From Octopus sinensis (Eukaryota), in assembly GCF_006345805.1 (NCBI RefSeq), contig NC_042997.1, positions 101,370,001 through 101,434,000 on the forward strand: DNA of 64,000 nt, in the 5' to 3' direction. The stretch's first letter is position 1. Each line of letters starts with the position of its first letter. Below, one piece after another: positions 1-12,702 of this stretch. Below the pieces are notes generated by a model. It searched no databases. It was not told where the DNA came from and saw only the letters and a program-made list of their open reading frames with translations. Position numbers and translations under genes: made by a program.

Positions 1-249
1 TTCTTCCTCATCACCACCTACAATTAACAAGCTAATCCATAGCAGTAGCAGCTAGTTCTCCCTCAAATCATAACACCCTCTTTTAAAAAATGGAAGTCAT
101 AATGAATAATGTAGTCCACCGACTGCAAATAAATGACGAGATGGTCATGGATAGTATGGTTATGTTCATGGTTCTGCTCGATCAGAAATGATATGAGAAT
201 AAACAACATTAACAACAACAAAAAAGAAAAACAGACTTACACAGATATT

Positions 250-1250
250 ACTCCTGTCTGAGACACAACTTCGCATTTTTTTATCTCAATTTTTACTATT
301 CAAGCTACAATCTATACCTCAATTTGGTTTTAAAAGTTGCTGTTTTCACAGGCGTAGAAGCCAGTCTGCTCATGCCTCACATCTTTCATATAAACATGAG
401 ATACACAAGCGTCTTGTTACTTTGGTTTAAATTTTGACTTGCCGTTTTGTTAAAATCATTTGTTGACTCCCTGACAATCCGAACACCCTCAAGCACCAAC
501 GTCTGTACTGAGGATTTCTACCACAATTCGTAGTTTAGAATTCCAGTACACAGAACTACTTGGCTTTCACATTTTTTCCCACCAGTAGAATGTCATCAAA
601 ATTGAAGGCACGAAAGGCTGGCTTTGTGTACCACATAAACTTCAGACTTTCTCGTCTCCTAAATTCTGTTTTTTCCAAGAAAATATTTATTAACTTTACA
701 TATCTCAATGAAAATAGTGCTGTACGTAGCCATCTTGCAACTAATTTTTTCTATTCTTTTTGATTTTCACAGAACACATACTGTAATTTCCAACCCTATC
801 TCTCCAATACTACTTACACAGCTCCAAAGTACAAAACTTCTGCGATAAATCCAACCCAAGAGTATCAGTCTTCTTATTCCGCAAAGTGCGTTGCTAAGCT
901 ACCACATCTGCTCAATAAACTTTTCAACATTTCTCTCTTCACAAACATCAAACTATCTTAGTCTGCAAAAACTCATGACATCGTGTCCTGTTAACAAGAA
1001 CAACTGCTCTAACCACACCAACTACCGATATATCGCTCACACCTCTAACACGAGGTGAAGAGGTCATAAACAACCTCTCTATCATATCTTTCAAAATCGT
1101 TCCTTTTTCAATGACAAGCGTTTTGGTATCTGTGAACTCAGTTCTATCGGAATCTTGCGTTTCTACTTCACGCATCTTTAGTTTCTTGAACTTCGGAAAA
1201 AGCAATGTCATCGCTTTATTTATACTTTCTTTTTTCTTTTAGCATCAATA
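250..1250 (-). mobile_element. Highly degenerate LINE (RTE-like) reverse transcriptase remnant
   Basis: Minus-strand pieces in RT order: RGVSDISVVGVVRAVVLVNR (cf. YRGISLLSVVGKV..VL.NR), INIFLEK, LSCLQF-(frameshift)-DDILLVG near 575-615, and CEA* (cf. GCEAW). Confidence 0.55.
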
Positions 1251-2099
1251 AACTGTTCGATACTGTCTGACATGAAAACCTCACAATGAAGATGTACTTC
1301 TTCGGGATCTATTCATCTTTCATCTCTCAGACAAGATGCTTTCTTGTCAATCAGTTTCTTTTTATTGTGCGCTGACGTGGTCTTTCATGTACATTCTGTC
1401 CACTTTAATCTACCTTAATTTCAATTGTATATTAATGACCACTTTGCTGTTTCTGATAACCGCATACACACAGACAAACATACACGCGCGCGCGAAAGCT
1501 CAATCTTCTCAACTCAAACTTTTTCACAAGCTTCAACCAATCGCAGAGTAGACATCTGATGCCATACAACTTCTATTAATAGAGACCATGCAAATATCTA
1601 CCTGTGAAGACGAGACAATCAAGTGTACTTTAACAGCACAAAATTCCGGTTAATTGCATATCCGAAAACTGCAAGATTTTTAAAAACACCCAATCGCTTA
1701 CTTTCAAAAGGAATTATATATGTCAGTTAATCGCATATGCAAATAAGGTCAATTTCAGTTAATTCTATATTTTTCTCAATTTTTAGTATTTAAAAGCGGC
1801 GAAATATAGCATAAAACTGAGTATATAATTAGATATGAATAAAGTGATTGAGGAAGATTCTGTTTTTATGTTAAGTTAAAATGACAGAAATCAGAGAAGT
1901 TTACAACCTACAGATGTTTTGAAACATGGCTCTATTTAAATTCTTCATCCCGTTTCAGTGGATTGATTAAAACTGTCGACGTTCAGATTCCACTGCAATC
2001 TTCTTATCTGTTATATTTCATCAATAAATAGTGAACACATTTATACTGAAGATAAAGTTTGCAGAAGTACAGATTTCAAGCATGAGGTCAATATATGCT

Positions 2100-2250
2100 G
2101 CATACATAACGAAAGTTATGTGAAAGTCATTGGCGGGAACGTATAAATTTTGCTAAGCTTCTATAAACTGAAGAATATCAACAAAAGGAATTGAAAAACC
2201 GCATGGTGACTAAGCTAAACGATTCTCACGCCGATACACAATGAGAAAAA
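2100..2250 (+). mobile_element. Possible hAT transposase C-terminal remnant
   Basis: Frameshifted SFYKLKNI / KELKNRMVTKLND resembles the hAT dimerisation motif SFSKLK.IK..LR..M...RLN. Confidence 0.3.
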
Positions 2251-2455
2251 AATACTTTGGGCTAGTTATGTGTACAAAGATCACGTGGTAAGTAAAAAAA
2301 TACTTTTTCTTCTTTTATTCCTGTTTTATTATGTCAACAACACACGTAACATAACCACGTGTAACAAAGCTTACTGCTGACAATGTATTGAAATTTCCCT
2401 AGTTATCGCTAATAACTCAAATTCGTTTAATTGCATATTGCTGTTAATTATTTTG

Positions 2456-2860
2456 TTCTTTTACTTGCTTCAGTCATTTGACTGCGGCCATGCTGGAGTA
2501 CCGCCTTCAAGGGATTTTTTAGTCGAAGAAATCGATCATAAGACATTTCTTAAGCCTAGTATTTATTCTATCGGTCTCTTTTGCCAAACCGCTAAGTTAC
2601 AGGGACGTAAACATACCAACAGCGGTTGACAACCGGTAATGGGGGAACAAAGAAATGCATAGATACATACATATATATATATATAATATATATATATATA
2701 TACGACGGTCTTCTTCCAGTTTCCGTCAAGCAAATCCACTCACAAGGCTTTGGTTGGCGCAAGGCTGTAGTAGAAGACATTCGTCCAAGATACCAAGCAG
2801 TAGGACTGAACCCGGCACCATATGGTTGGGAAGCAAGCTTCTTGCCACGCCCGTGCCTGC
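2456..2860 (-). mobile_element. SINE family A (tRNA-derived, CORE-like, internal microsatellite)
   Basis: Colinear with the full copy at 58247-58693: B-box-like GGTTCAGTCC head and CAGCATGGCCGCAGTCAAATGACTGAA tail. Confidence 0.85.
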
Positions 2861-3239
2861 ATAAAATTTCTTAGTTCAGCATACATCTACGGATGCAATC
2901 TTAAACTCATCGTCAGTGCTGTATCCTCGGGTCACTGTATTTTTCGAGCTTTACAATAAAGAACTTCATCCAGGAGGATCGATAGGGATTAATCAAGCCC
3001 ACGCAAGCAGTTTTGTACTTCGGGATTACGGCCGTGCGAAACGACAGTAATCCCGAAGAGGACAAGTAGCTAAATAAATATATTCACCTTTCATACCACC
3101 TAACTTTTCATGGCTTATATACTCCACATAAAATAATCTCATCGATCGGATCTCCTCAATTTCAGGTGCATAGAACTCTACGTTATGTTCCGCCGTACCG
3201 GTGGTCTGCTAAGTAGTCTGCTAGCCGAGTCCACTACAA

Positions 3240-3517
3240 GGCTCGTAATTGTAAAGTCGTGAGTTCAATTCCCGGCGATATGTTGTGTTCTTGAGCAAGG
3301 CACTTTATTTCATGTTGCTCCAATCCACCTGGCAAAAGTGGGTAGTACCTGTTTTTCAAAGGGCCAGCCTTGTCACCTTCTGTGTCATGCTAAATCTCCC
3401 TGAGAACTACGTTAAGGGTACACGTGTCTGTGGAATGCTCAGTCACTTGCAAGTTAATTTCACGAGGAGGGTATTCCGTTGAACGGATCAACTGGAATCC
3501 TCGTCGCCATAACGATA
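3240..3517 (+). mobile_element. SINE family C (5'-truncated)
   Basis: B box GAGTTCAATTCC, CORE-like TTGAGCAAGGCACTT, and body colinear with 44113-44433. Confidence 0.8.
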
Positions 3518-3632
3518 AGTTATGTGCCAGTTTATGACTCCATATATTACAATAGACAAACTTACATACACACATGCACATACACACACACACACGCACA
3601 CGCAAACATATATATATATATATATATACATA

Positions 3633-4780
3633 GTTGAAATTTACGGAAAAGCAAAAGACGAAGATAGCTGTAGAGACAACAAGCAGGTGTATTAGTTTGA
3701 CAGTCGGGAAAGTGAGAAAGTCTTTTACATTTCGAGCCTCCTCTCTTCAAAGGAAAAAAGCACGAGGAAATAAACAGGGAGATGATAAAAAAAATCTTGT
3801 GGATTTAGCGATCTGTTATGGTGACCGGTTGAAAAAAGTTAGTTTGACAGGAGAACTAGAAAGAAGGGGAGATAATAAAGTACTGGTGATCCCAAAACGA
3901 AAGTGCGATGTGTGTATGTGATAGTGTGTAAATGTGTGCGTGTGGATAGGAGTAGTGATTTTGATGTGTGGATGCGTGCGTGTGTGTGTGCGTCTGTAAT
4001 GTGTAGGTGTGTGGATGATGCTGTGTGAGTGCGCGGATGATGGTGTGTGATGTGGGTGCTGGGAAGTGGTCAGTGCTAGTGTGTGTGGAGTGGTGTGGGG
4101 TGGTGTGACGTGGTGTGTGGTGTGGTGTGGCAGTGTGGGGATGTGAGGGTTGGGTGTGGGTTTAGGGTGAAGATGCGAGAGTGAGGATGTGATGTGGGTG
4201 AGGATGTGGAGGTGGGTGAAGATGTGGAAGTGGGTGAGGATGTGGTGGTGGGTGAGGAGGTGGAGGTGGGTGAGGGTGTGGGGTGGAGGGGTGGAAGTAG
4301 GGTGGTGTATGTGGGAGTCGGATGTGTTGGAGGTGCGGTGTGGCTGGAGGGGAGAATCAATGAAGAGAGGTGGGCAGGAGTGAAGAGAGGAAACATGTGT
4401 CAGATGAAGCGAGGAGAGTAGAAGAGGGGAGGGGGTTGAGCCCATTTGATGCAAAGGAACGAAGAGAGAAGATTAATTCCTGTTCACAGCGAAGGTGGGA
4501 GTCCGGATGAACCTTGTGCAAAGACAATCCGAACACAGACAAGTATTATAATGAATGACCGGTAGAGCGGAAATGGAGCGAGACCGGGGTGTCATTTCCG
4601 AGTCTAATGTCTTGGAGGTGTTCCGCGGTCAGTCAAGTGGCGTCCCGTTTGGCCGATGTATAGAGAAGGACAGAAAGACCAGGGGTGCAGTAAATGATGT
4701 TGCTACAAGTGCAGGTAACGAAGTCAGTGATATGATAGGGACGTTGATGGGTGCCTGTGAGAGGCACCCGCCCCACCGTT
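3633..4780 (-). mobile_element. Penelope-like element (Neptune-type): GIY-YIG endonuclease remnant, CA-rich 3' region and terminal repeat
   Basis: Minus 4780-4430 reads TCTCSNIIYC / SLYIGQTGRHLTDR / EHLQDIR..PVSLHF / EQELIFSLRSFASNGLN. The 3633-3810 end resembles hammerhead cassette family H1 (degenerate) and abuts (TA)n. Confidence 0.8.
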
Positions 4781-4789
4781 GACTGTCTC

Positions 4790-5030
4790 CTGTTTCCCCT
4801 CATCTACCACCCCTCCACCCTGCCCCCCAACTCACCATTCTCCGAGCTTTCCAGTAACCCAAGTCTGACCTCTCCACTTCGCACATCTTCCCCAACCTAC
4901 CCCTTCCCTCCTTAAAACGAGCCTACAACCTCCTGGCCCACAGTTTCTTCCCTAACCCCACCTCCCTACCTGGCTCGTTCTCCTGCTCCTGCCCACGCTG
5001 CTGCACTTGCCTCTCACAGGTACCCATCAT
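4790..5030 (+). mobile_element. Inverted PLE linker/Zn-finger segment
   Basis: HIFPNLPLPSLKRAYNL and PGSFSCSCPRCCTC: the Cys-rich linker that precedes GIY-YIG in Neptune-type PLEs, here on the opposite strand to the nuclease. Confidence 0.65.
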
Positions 5031-5544
5031 CCCATCATCGTCCTTATCATATCAATGACTCCTTATATATATATAAATTTTGTACGAATCTCTTATTCTT
5101 TCCTTCCTTCCGTCACTCTTTCTTTCTTTCAGCTCCCTCACATTTACTTCATTCTTTTCACTCTTCTTTCTTTCACTACTCCTCTCTTGACCGGTGTTTG
5201 GCCAAGCCTGACCTTTCCTTCTTGGTTCAACTACTATCTGTGCAACATCCTGTCGTTTGCATTTATATTCGTGTACCATTTCTCCGTTTTTTTTTTCCGG
5301 TTTTTGTTTTCATATACATTCACTGCTTTCTTCCAAAGAATCTAGTGCTCTTAGTTTAGATTTTCCTTGGGGCTGGCCAGATTAGAGCAATCGAGTACAA
5401 CCAACCGAAACTGCAAAGATATCTGGATTCGACAGACGAAAGAAGACTTCGAATGACCCGTCCTTGTTTTTTCTTGTCCCTTTTTATATCATCTGTCTGG
5501 ATGTTTTGATGTCGCCTGTTGCGTTCTTGTCCTATTTTTATATT

Positions 5545-5546
<2 letters not shown>

Positions 5547-5585
<39 letters not shown>

Positions 5586-5777
5586 TATATATATATATAT
5601 ATATATATAGATAGATAGATATATAGATAGATAGATAGATGATAGATAGATAGATACATACATACATACATACTACATACATACATACATAGATACATAC
5701 ATACATACATACATAGATAGAAGATAGATAGATAGATAGATAGATAGATATATAGATATATATATATATATAGATAT

Positions 5778-5812
<35 letters not shown>

Positions 5813-5842
5813 TAGATAGATAGATAGATAGATAGATAGATG

Positions 5843-5883
<41 letters not shown>

Positions 5884-5911
5884 GATAGATAGATAGATAG
5901 ATAGATAGATA
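5547..5911. repeat. Compound (TA)n/(GATA)n/(CATA)n microsatellite
   Basis: Directly visible tandem repeats. Confidence 0.95.
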
Positions 5912-6719
5912 CACATTGAAGTAAAGGTAATAAACATCATTAAGGAATAATAAATCCAATTAGAATACTGGTACTGGTTAGTTACCAATCTATAGTAAGT
6001 TCAACTATAAGGTAATCAATCATATAAACCGCGGTTCATATATATATATATTATATATATTTAAAGAATAAGGAGAAAATGGAGAGGTAATTAATAAAAT
6101 TATTTATATATATATACATATATATATATATAAACAGGTGGGAAGGTGTGATTGTATTTGTATGTGTATGTATGTGCATTATGTGATTCCAGGTTCGATT
6201 ACTCTTCATGACAATTAGAGAAAATTTCTAGTGTTATGACATCATCGGGTTCACTAATATCTTGTGAGAAGAATTTTATACACAGGAAGACTGTAAGAAA
6301 GCCGTCATATATATATATATATTATATATAATATATAATATATATATTATAATAACTGACGTCATTTCCCAGTTACATCTTCGTCACCACTCACTCATAC
6401 AACGTTAGATTTATTGTTTGCTGTTTATTCTTTTCCAAGGAACGTAGATGTTACATATTTGAATGCCTCTTACACTCAACATCACAGACACGTGCATACA
6501 CATAAGAGAGAGAGAGAGAGAGACAGACATACAGACAGACAGACAGACAGAATGACAGACAGAGACAGAAACAGACAGAAAAAAGAGAGATAAGAGACAT
6601 GTGCTCTTCATTTCTTAAATACATATACGGGAGGAAATGCAAACATAGATCAAAAGTTTTCATATCGGAAACACAAATTCAAACCCATATACACAGGAGC
6701 ACACACACACACATTCTCA

Positions 6720-6730
6720 CAGATGTATAC

Positions 6731-6824
<94 letters not shown>

Positions 6825-6953
6825 TATATACATATATGTATATATGAAATATATATACATTTTGTATATAGTATATATGCATCATGTATCAATCAATCAA
6901 TCTATCTATCTACTATCTATCTAACTGTTTATTTGTATCTCTCTCCTTCTCTC

Positions 6954-7038
<85 letters not shown>

Positions 7039-7043
7039 CGTAT

Positions 7044-7106
<63 letters not shown>

Positions 7107-7225
7107 TGTACATATATGTATATATCTGTATTTTCTGGCTATATATTTAAATATGTATATATTTATGTATATATCCATATTTAATATTTATCTTCCATCA
7201 ATCTACATATCAATCTATCTATCTG

Positions 7226-7284
<59 letters not shown>

Positions 7285-7470
7285 GTCAATTTGTCTTCCA
7301 TCTCTATCTGCCTGTCTGTTTTTCTCTCTTTATCCCTTTCCCCCTCTCTCTCTATACATATATATAGATATACATGTGTATGTATGTATGTATGTATGTA
7401 TGTATGGATGTATGTATGTATGTATGCATGTATGTATGTATGCATGCATGCATGTATGTATGTATATAAA
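6720..7470. repeat. Compound (TA)n/(GATA)n/(TATC)n/(TATG)n microsatellite field
   Basis: Directly visible tandem repeats. Confidence 0.95.
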
Positions 7471-8395
7471 ATCAATGATTCAATAATTCCGCTTGACACA
7501 TACTATTACAGTGGAGAGAAGTAGATATTTAGGTTCAATATGGAATAAGCACTGAATTTGAAATAATTGAAGAGTTCCAATACTGAATGAATATAGGTTG
7601 TTACTATGGCCTGCCGTTGTAGTTGGTTTGTACTGGAATACACTCACCACAGCTGCGTATCTCACAGTATGCGTGTACACGCAACTGTTCGTGCGTATGT
7701 CTCCGTATCCCTCTGTCTCTTTCCATTTCTCTCTCCCTCTTTCTCTATCTCTCTATCTCTCTCGCAGACACACGCAACACACACACACACACACACACAC
7801 ACACATCTATGGAATCGGATGAGAGAGTGCGAAAAAGACAGAGATAGAGGGGGAGATAATTATTAGTGCATCGACAGTTTTTCGCTTCAATGCTAATCTA
7901 TACAATAACGAATACCACATTTTAGCCAAGGCTGTATATAATAGATGTATGTAAACAACTCGCCTTAACATAAAATATAGATTATAATATTTAAATCGAT
8001 CTATCAGATTTACTTAAGCCTTTAGTAATAAATAGTAAATTGACAAGCTGTGATTTTATGGACAACCCATTTTCTATCTATTCGATCCAACAGCATTTGC
8101 AGCTTTCAGAAGGTGAAGCAGTACAACATTTATTACATTGTTGAATACAAATTACATCCGTCATTTTGAAAATTAAAACAGTTTACATATTGGTATTATT
8201 TATTCGTATAATTAGTATAAGAAGGCATTCACGGTTTACTTAATTTATTTATAAACAATTCTAGTAGATTCTCATCCATTTTGTCCAAATCATATGACAC
8301 TAAAGATGAGATGTTTCTTAAATCAGAAATGCTTAAAAAAGAAAGTGTTAAACTAGGCCTTAGAAATTCATGTTTAAACACGGATAAATACCAAT

Positions 8396-9090
8396 GCATA
8401 CATACACACGTACATACATGCATACATACATACATACATACATACATACACACATACATACATACATATATACATACATACTCACGTACATACATACATA
8501 CTACATACACACGTACAGATATATACACGTACCCACGTACATATATACATACATACTCACGTACATACATACATACATACATACATACATACATACATAC
8601 ATACATACATACATACATACACGCATACATACATACAAACGTACATACATACATACATACGTACATACATACATACATACAACATATACACGTACGTACA
8701 TACATATATACATACATACACACGTACATACATATACACGTACCCACGTACATACATACACACGTATATACATACATACATACATACATACAGACGTATA
8801 TACATACATACACACACATGTACATACATACATACACACACATGTACATACATACATACACACACATGTACATACATACACACACATATTTATATATACA
8901 TACATACATTCATATGCACACACTTAGACATATATCAAGTATGTATGTTTACGTGTATTGCACACATGCAGAAACATGTATTTATATGTATTTTTGAATA
9001 TGTGTATATATATGTATATATATGTATTTTTGAATATGTGTATGTGTGTGCGTGTGAGTGTGTATGCGTGTGAGTTTGTGTGTGTATAAA
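8396..9090. repeat. Degenerate (CATA)n/(TG)n low-complexity tract
   Basis: Directly visible; source of several spurious ORFs. Confidence 0.95.
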
Positions 9091-9213
9091 CATAATTAAA
9101 TAATAAAATCATTGAAATTAATAAGTTTTATCAGTGGCCAACATATAAAAACTTTTAGGTAAAATAAATGGTAGCTTCTGTGCCCCTAAGTACAATTGTA
9201 CCTATACAATTCT

Positions 9214-9246
<33 letters not shown>

Positions 9247-9403
9247 TACATACATACATACATACATACATACATACATACATACATACATACATACATA
9301 CATACATACATACATACATACATACATACATACGTGATCGCATGTGTGTCGTTGGCGATTTTCTTTCTCCGTCTTCCCTTCCTTGAACCTTTCCTTTTTC
9401 TAT

Positions 9404-9438
9404 GTTTCTGACGAAGAGCTCCGCTCGAAATATTAAAT
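9404..9438 (+). ncRNA. Minimal type-I hammerhead ribozyme (cassette family H1, 9343-9538)
   Basis: gttt-CTGACGA-A-GAGC tcc GCTC-GAA-ATAT-T-aaat: intact core, 4-bp stem II, palindromic ATAT helix III. Confidence 0.7.
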
Positions 9439-9532
9439 CTTCCTTCTTTCTTAACTTTCTTGAGCGTCCAATAACACTATACTTGTTCCACGTCCTCGCG
9501 TTGTTGTGTTTTCTCTTTGTTCATGTTTGGAT

Positions 9533-9563
<31 letters not shown>

Positions 9564-10016
9564 TCTCATTAATTAAAACCTTAGGGTAGCAAGAATATTC
9601 ACCGAAAAATTCTTAGTTACCAGTGGTCTAGCGAGAAAGAAAAAATTAGTCAATAGACTATATATTATTCAGAGAAGAATACAGTGTCTAGTATTAAGGT
9701 CTAGGATTAAGGTAAAAGTTTTTATTTTTCAATCACTTTCGGAATTACAACAATTGGTGACTTGGAGTTTTAACTGCTCTTTCTAGCAAGTAAGATATCC
9801 TATTCTTCGAGTATCTCTTTTGTGTTTGAACGTACAAAGTATATATATATATATTGATTCGTGAAATTTGAATGCATAACACTGAATGTTTTAATGCAAG
9901 TACATTTATGTATTATACGCCTTCATGATTTGCATATTTGTATTTGAATTGATACTGCCTGCGATACGCAGTGATTTAATTTGATAAAGGCACTTGGCCA
10001 TTGAAATTTGTTCTCC

Positions 10017-10172
10017 TGCTCGAAATGAGGAGTAGATTAGACAGCCGACAACTGATGAAAGGTAGTTCTCTATGTTACTTGTCCTACTTTCTTTTTTCTC
10101 TCTCGTTGTTTGGGCATTTAACTCGTTTGTTTTCGTACTTCATGTTGTTTACACAGTTGGTGACGTCCTGCA
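10017..10172 (+). repeat. Dispersed (TA)n-flanked repeat, homologous to 53110-53257
   Basis: Shared GCTCGAAATGAGGAGTAGAT..AGACAGCCGACAACT.ATGAA...TTTCATGTTGTTTAC..GTGACGTCCTG. Confidence 0.75.
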
Positions 10173-10198
10173 CCCATATATAGATAAATTTGTGTATC

Positions 10199-10598
10199 TG
10201 TCGAGCGGTTACTGTTTACATCTCGTTCGGAGATTTATTATTGCTTTCAGACAGTTTTTCGAAATCAGTGACAGTGGTTGCTGGGAAAAACATTAAATAA
10301 ATATTCGCAAACAGGTCTCTCCAATCGAAAACCGGTGGTTACCGTACGTTGACGAGAGGCAAAAACCTCGAAACTATAGCCCATGCGTATCACTTAGGTT
10401 TTCGAGACGGAATGACCTCCCTTTGCGAATATTATAAGGGCACAGAAAATGTGTCTAAAGCCAGCTGGAGACGATGATCTCCTGGGGCTAAAAGCTTCAG
10501 TAACACCCACCCTTAGTGGCTAGCCACATTGAGATGGCTAGTGTACTTTACGTTGTCGAGCTGTTACTGTTTACATCTCGTTCGGAGATTTATTATTG
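10199..10598 (+). mobile_element. Retrozyme/pLTR-like unit with 45-bp terminal direct repeat and degenerate hammerhead
   Basis: 10199-10243 matches 10554-10598 with 1 mismatch. Hammerhead-like cgtacg-TTGACGA-GAGG caaaaa CCTC-GAAACTATAG-CC-catgcg at 10343-10387. Confidence 0.55.
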
Positions 10599-11223
10599 AT
10601 ATATATATTATTTATGCTATAATATATATATATATACACACGTACGTATGTCTATATATATCTATCTATCTATACAAACACGCACGCACACACAAATATA
10701 TATGTATGCATGTATATATGTGTGTAAACGCATAAGTATGTATATGTATACATACTTATGTGTCTGAGTTTGGGTGTGCGTATGTGTGGGTGAGTGTCTG
10801 TGTATGTATGTGTGTATGTGAATGTGAACGGGGTTGTGCGCGTTAAAATTTGTGTATCTGTATATGAGTGTCTCGTTTACGTGTCTGCATACATGCGTGT
10901 ATGAGGGTCCGTGGCCGTGCGTGCGTGTGTTCCAGCATGCTTGCATATCAAAAGAAAGAAAAACGGTGTTATTATTAAGTTTGTGCATGTTTTATGTCCG
11001 ATTACTGAGCGGTTTGACTAATCAATTACGATTAAATAAGGGTCATATTAAAAGGTTCTTGCGGACTGTTAATTAAAATCAACTAAATTCTGTGAAGGTG
11101 GTGCTCCAACATGGCCGTAATTCAATAACTGCAACTAGCAAAATAGAATTAATAGACAAACGCGTACGTGTGCATGTGTGTGTGTGCATGTGTGTGTGCG
11201 TGTGTGTGTACACGTACATACAC

Positions 11224-11262
<39 letters not shown>

Positions 11263-11263
<1 letters not shown>

Positions 11264-11680
11264 TAGCAGTATCGCCCGGCGTTGCTCAGGTTTGTAAGGG
11301 AAATAACTATAAAGCATTTGTAGAGAGTTATAGCCAAAAAATAGCAAAAAAATGGAAAAAAATGATGGTAAATTTTTTTTGAGATTTAAAAAAGGTTGAG
11401 TTGCGTCCCCTAGACAGTTTGTGGTTCGTGTTTCTGATTCTCGACCCCATGTCGAATTTTTTTTTTTTTTTTCAGAACTGGGGGAACTTTTCAAAATTTA
11501 TTTTTTTCAGAACTGGGGGAACTTTTCAAAATTTTTGCTGCGTTAGTTTTGAATTATGACATTGGGCTATGTGTGTGTCAAGTTTCATCAGAATCGGTTG
11601 AAAGCCGTGGTCAGGGTGAGGGTACAAGCAAACAGACACACAGAAACACGCACAGACAAACTGCCGTTTATATAGAGAGA
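11263..11680 (-). mobile_element. Non-autonomous Helitron
   Basis: Minus strand starts TCTCTCTATATAAA and ends with hairpin CCTGAGCAACGCCGGG..CTAG. Inserted between A and T with no TSD; contains an internal ~35-bp tandem duplication. Confidence 0.8.
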
Positions 11681-12044
11681 TATATATATGTGTGTGTGTG
11701 TATGTATATACACGTACACACACATACACACAAACATACATACATACATACATACATACATACATACATACATACATACATACATACATACATACATACA
11801 ACACTCCTGTCATAATCTGGGACCTTGAAGACTGCTTTAATGCAAGAAAGTATACTAGTCCCTTAATATTTTATATTCAATATTTCATCTATTCAATACT
11901 TCATTTCATTTTACTATATATACTATTTATACTATATATTCTATATTCTACATTAATATTATAAAGAATATAAATAAAATATTTAAAAAAATTGGAATTC
12001 CTTGGAATAATACACACACACACACACACATTGACATACACATA

Positions 12045-12672
12045 TCTTTATCTTTTATGGGTTTCAGCCAGAGGTTGAGGCCATTTTGGTGTACCGCCTT
12101 TGCTGCGTCGGGGGATGTTTCCAGTATTATTTCTGAAGTAGAGAGTTGACCGTTGCCGCTCTTCTTTGTGCTTCCTGCCGCGATGTGGGTTCATCCGGAA
12201 TTGCAAATAAAAAACTGTCTAGACGTTTTTTGAAGACTTCCATATCTACACCTTGAAGATTCCTGATATTCTGTGGTTGGGCATTAAAAATTTGCAGTCC
12301 CTTGAATCCCAAGCTATTACAATATTGGGTTCGTATCCTCAATGGAGAAGATAGGACATTTGGTACTGTGCAGTACCGTCCAGATCGCAGATTGTTTTAG
12401 ATTTCATTTCCGAAATTTGGAACCAGACCCTCTGTTATTTCCCACATGTATAGTACTGTAAATCTCTCACGTCTCCTTTCCAAAGAGTAGAATCCCAGTT
12501 CCCTCAATCTCTCCCAGTAGCCCATGTGTTTTACTGACTCAATCTTCTTTGTGAAGTGACGGTGGATCGCTTCTAGTTCCACAATTAGTTTTACACTTTG
12601 TGGGGACCTCAGTTGGGAGTAGCAGTCCAGACGACTGAGGACAAAGGTTCTCCAAAGCAGAAGAATCCTGTC
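12045..12672 (-). mobile_element. CR1-group LINE 3' end (ORF2 C-terminus plus 3' UTR)
   Basis: LWRTFVLSRLDYCSQL / YWERLRELGFYSLERRRER / FKKRLDSFLFAIPDEP..NSL, followed by a short 3' UTR ending GAAACCCATAAAAGA. Confidence 0.8.
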
Positions 12673-12702
12673 TCTGTTCCCCGTCCCATATAATTATTTT
12701 AT

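Noticed and set aside
2880-2995. CTGGATGA..GAAA hammerhead-like string, or old mariner piece, on the minus strand
   Set aside because: The core has an insertion and no helix III palindrome, and the mariner similarity (YSTDDEFK) is too short to support.
3816-4454. 212-aa His/Pro/Thr-rich ORF and overlapping PTSTSS repeat ORF
   Set aside because: CA-rich low-complexity 3' region of the PLE with an 18-bp minisatellite; no coding evidence.
7990-8395. Possible exon or PLE N-terminal fragment (WYLSVFKHEFLRP..; LLFITKGLS)
   Set aside because: No recognisable domain and multiple stops; similarity too weak to call.
10040-10075. CTGATGA followed by a weak hairpin as a hammerhead
   Set aside because: No downstream GAAA, a permuted fold pairs poorly, and the homologue at 53143 reads CTAATGA.
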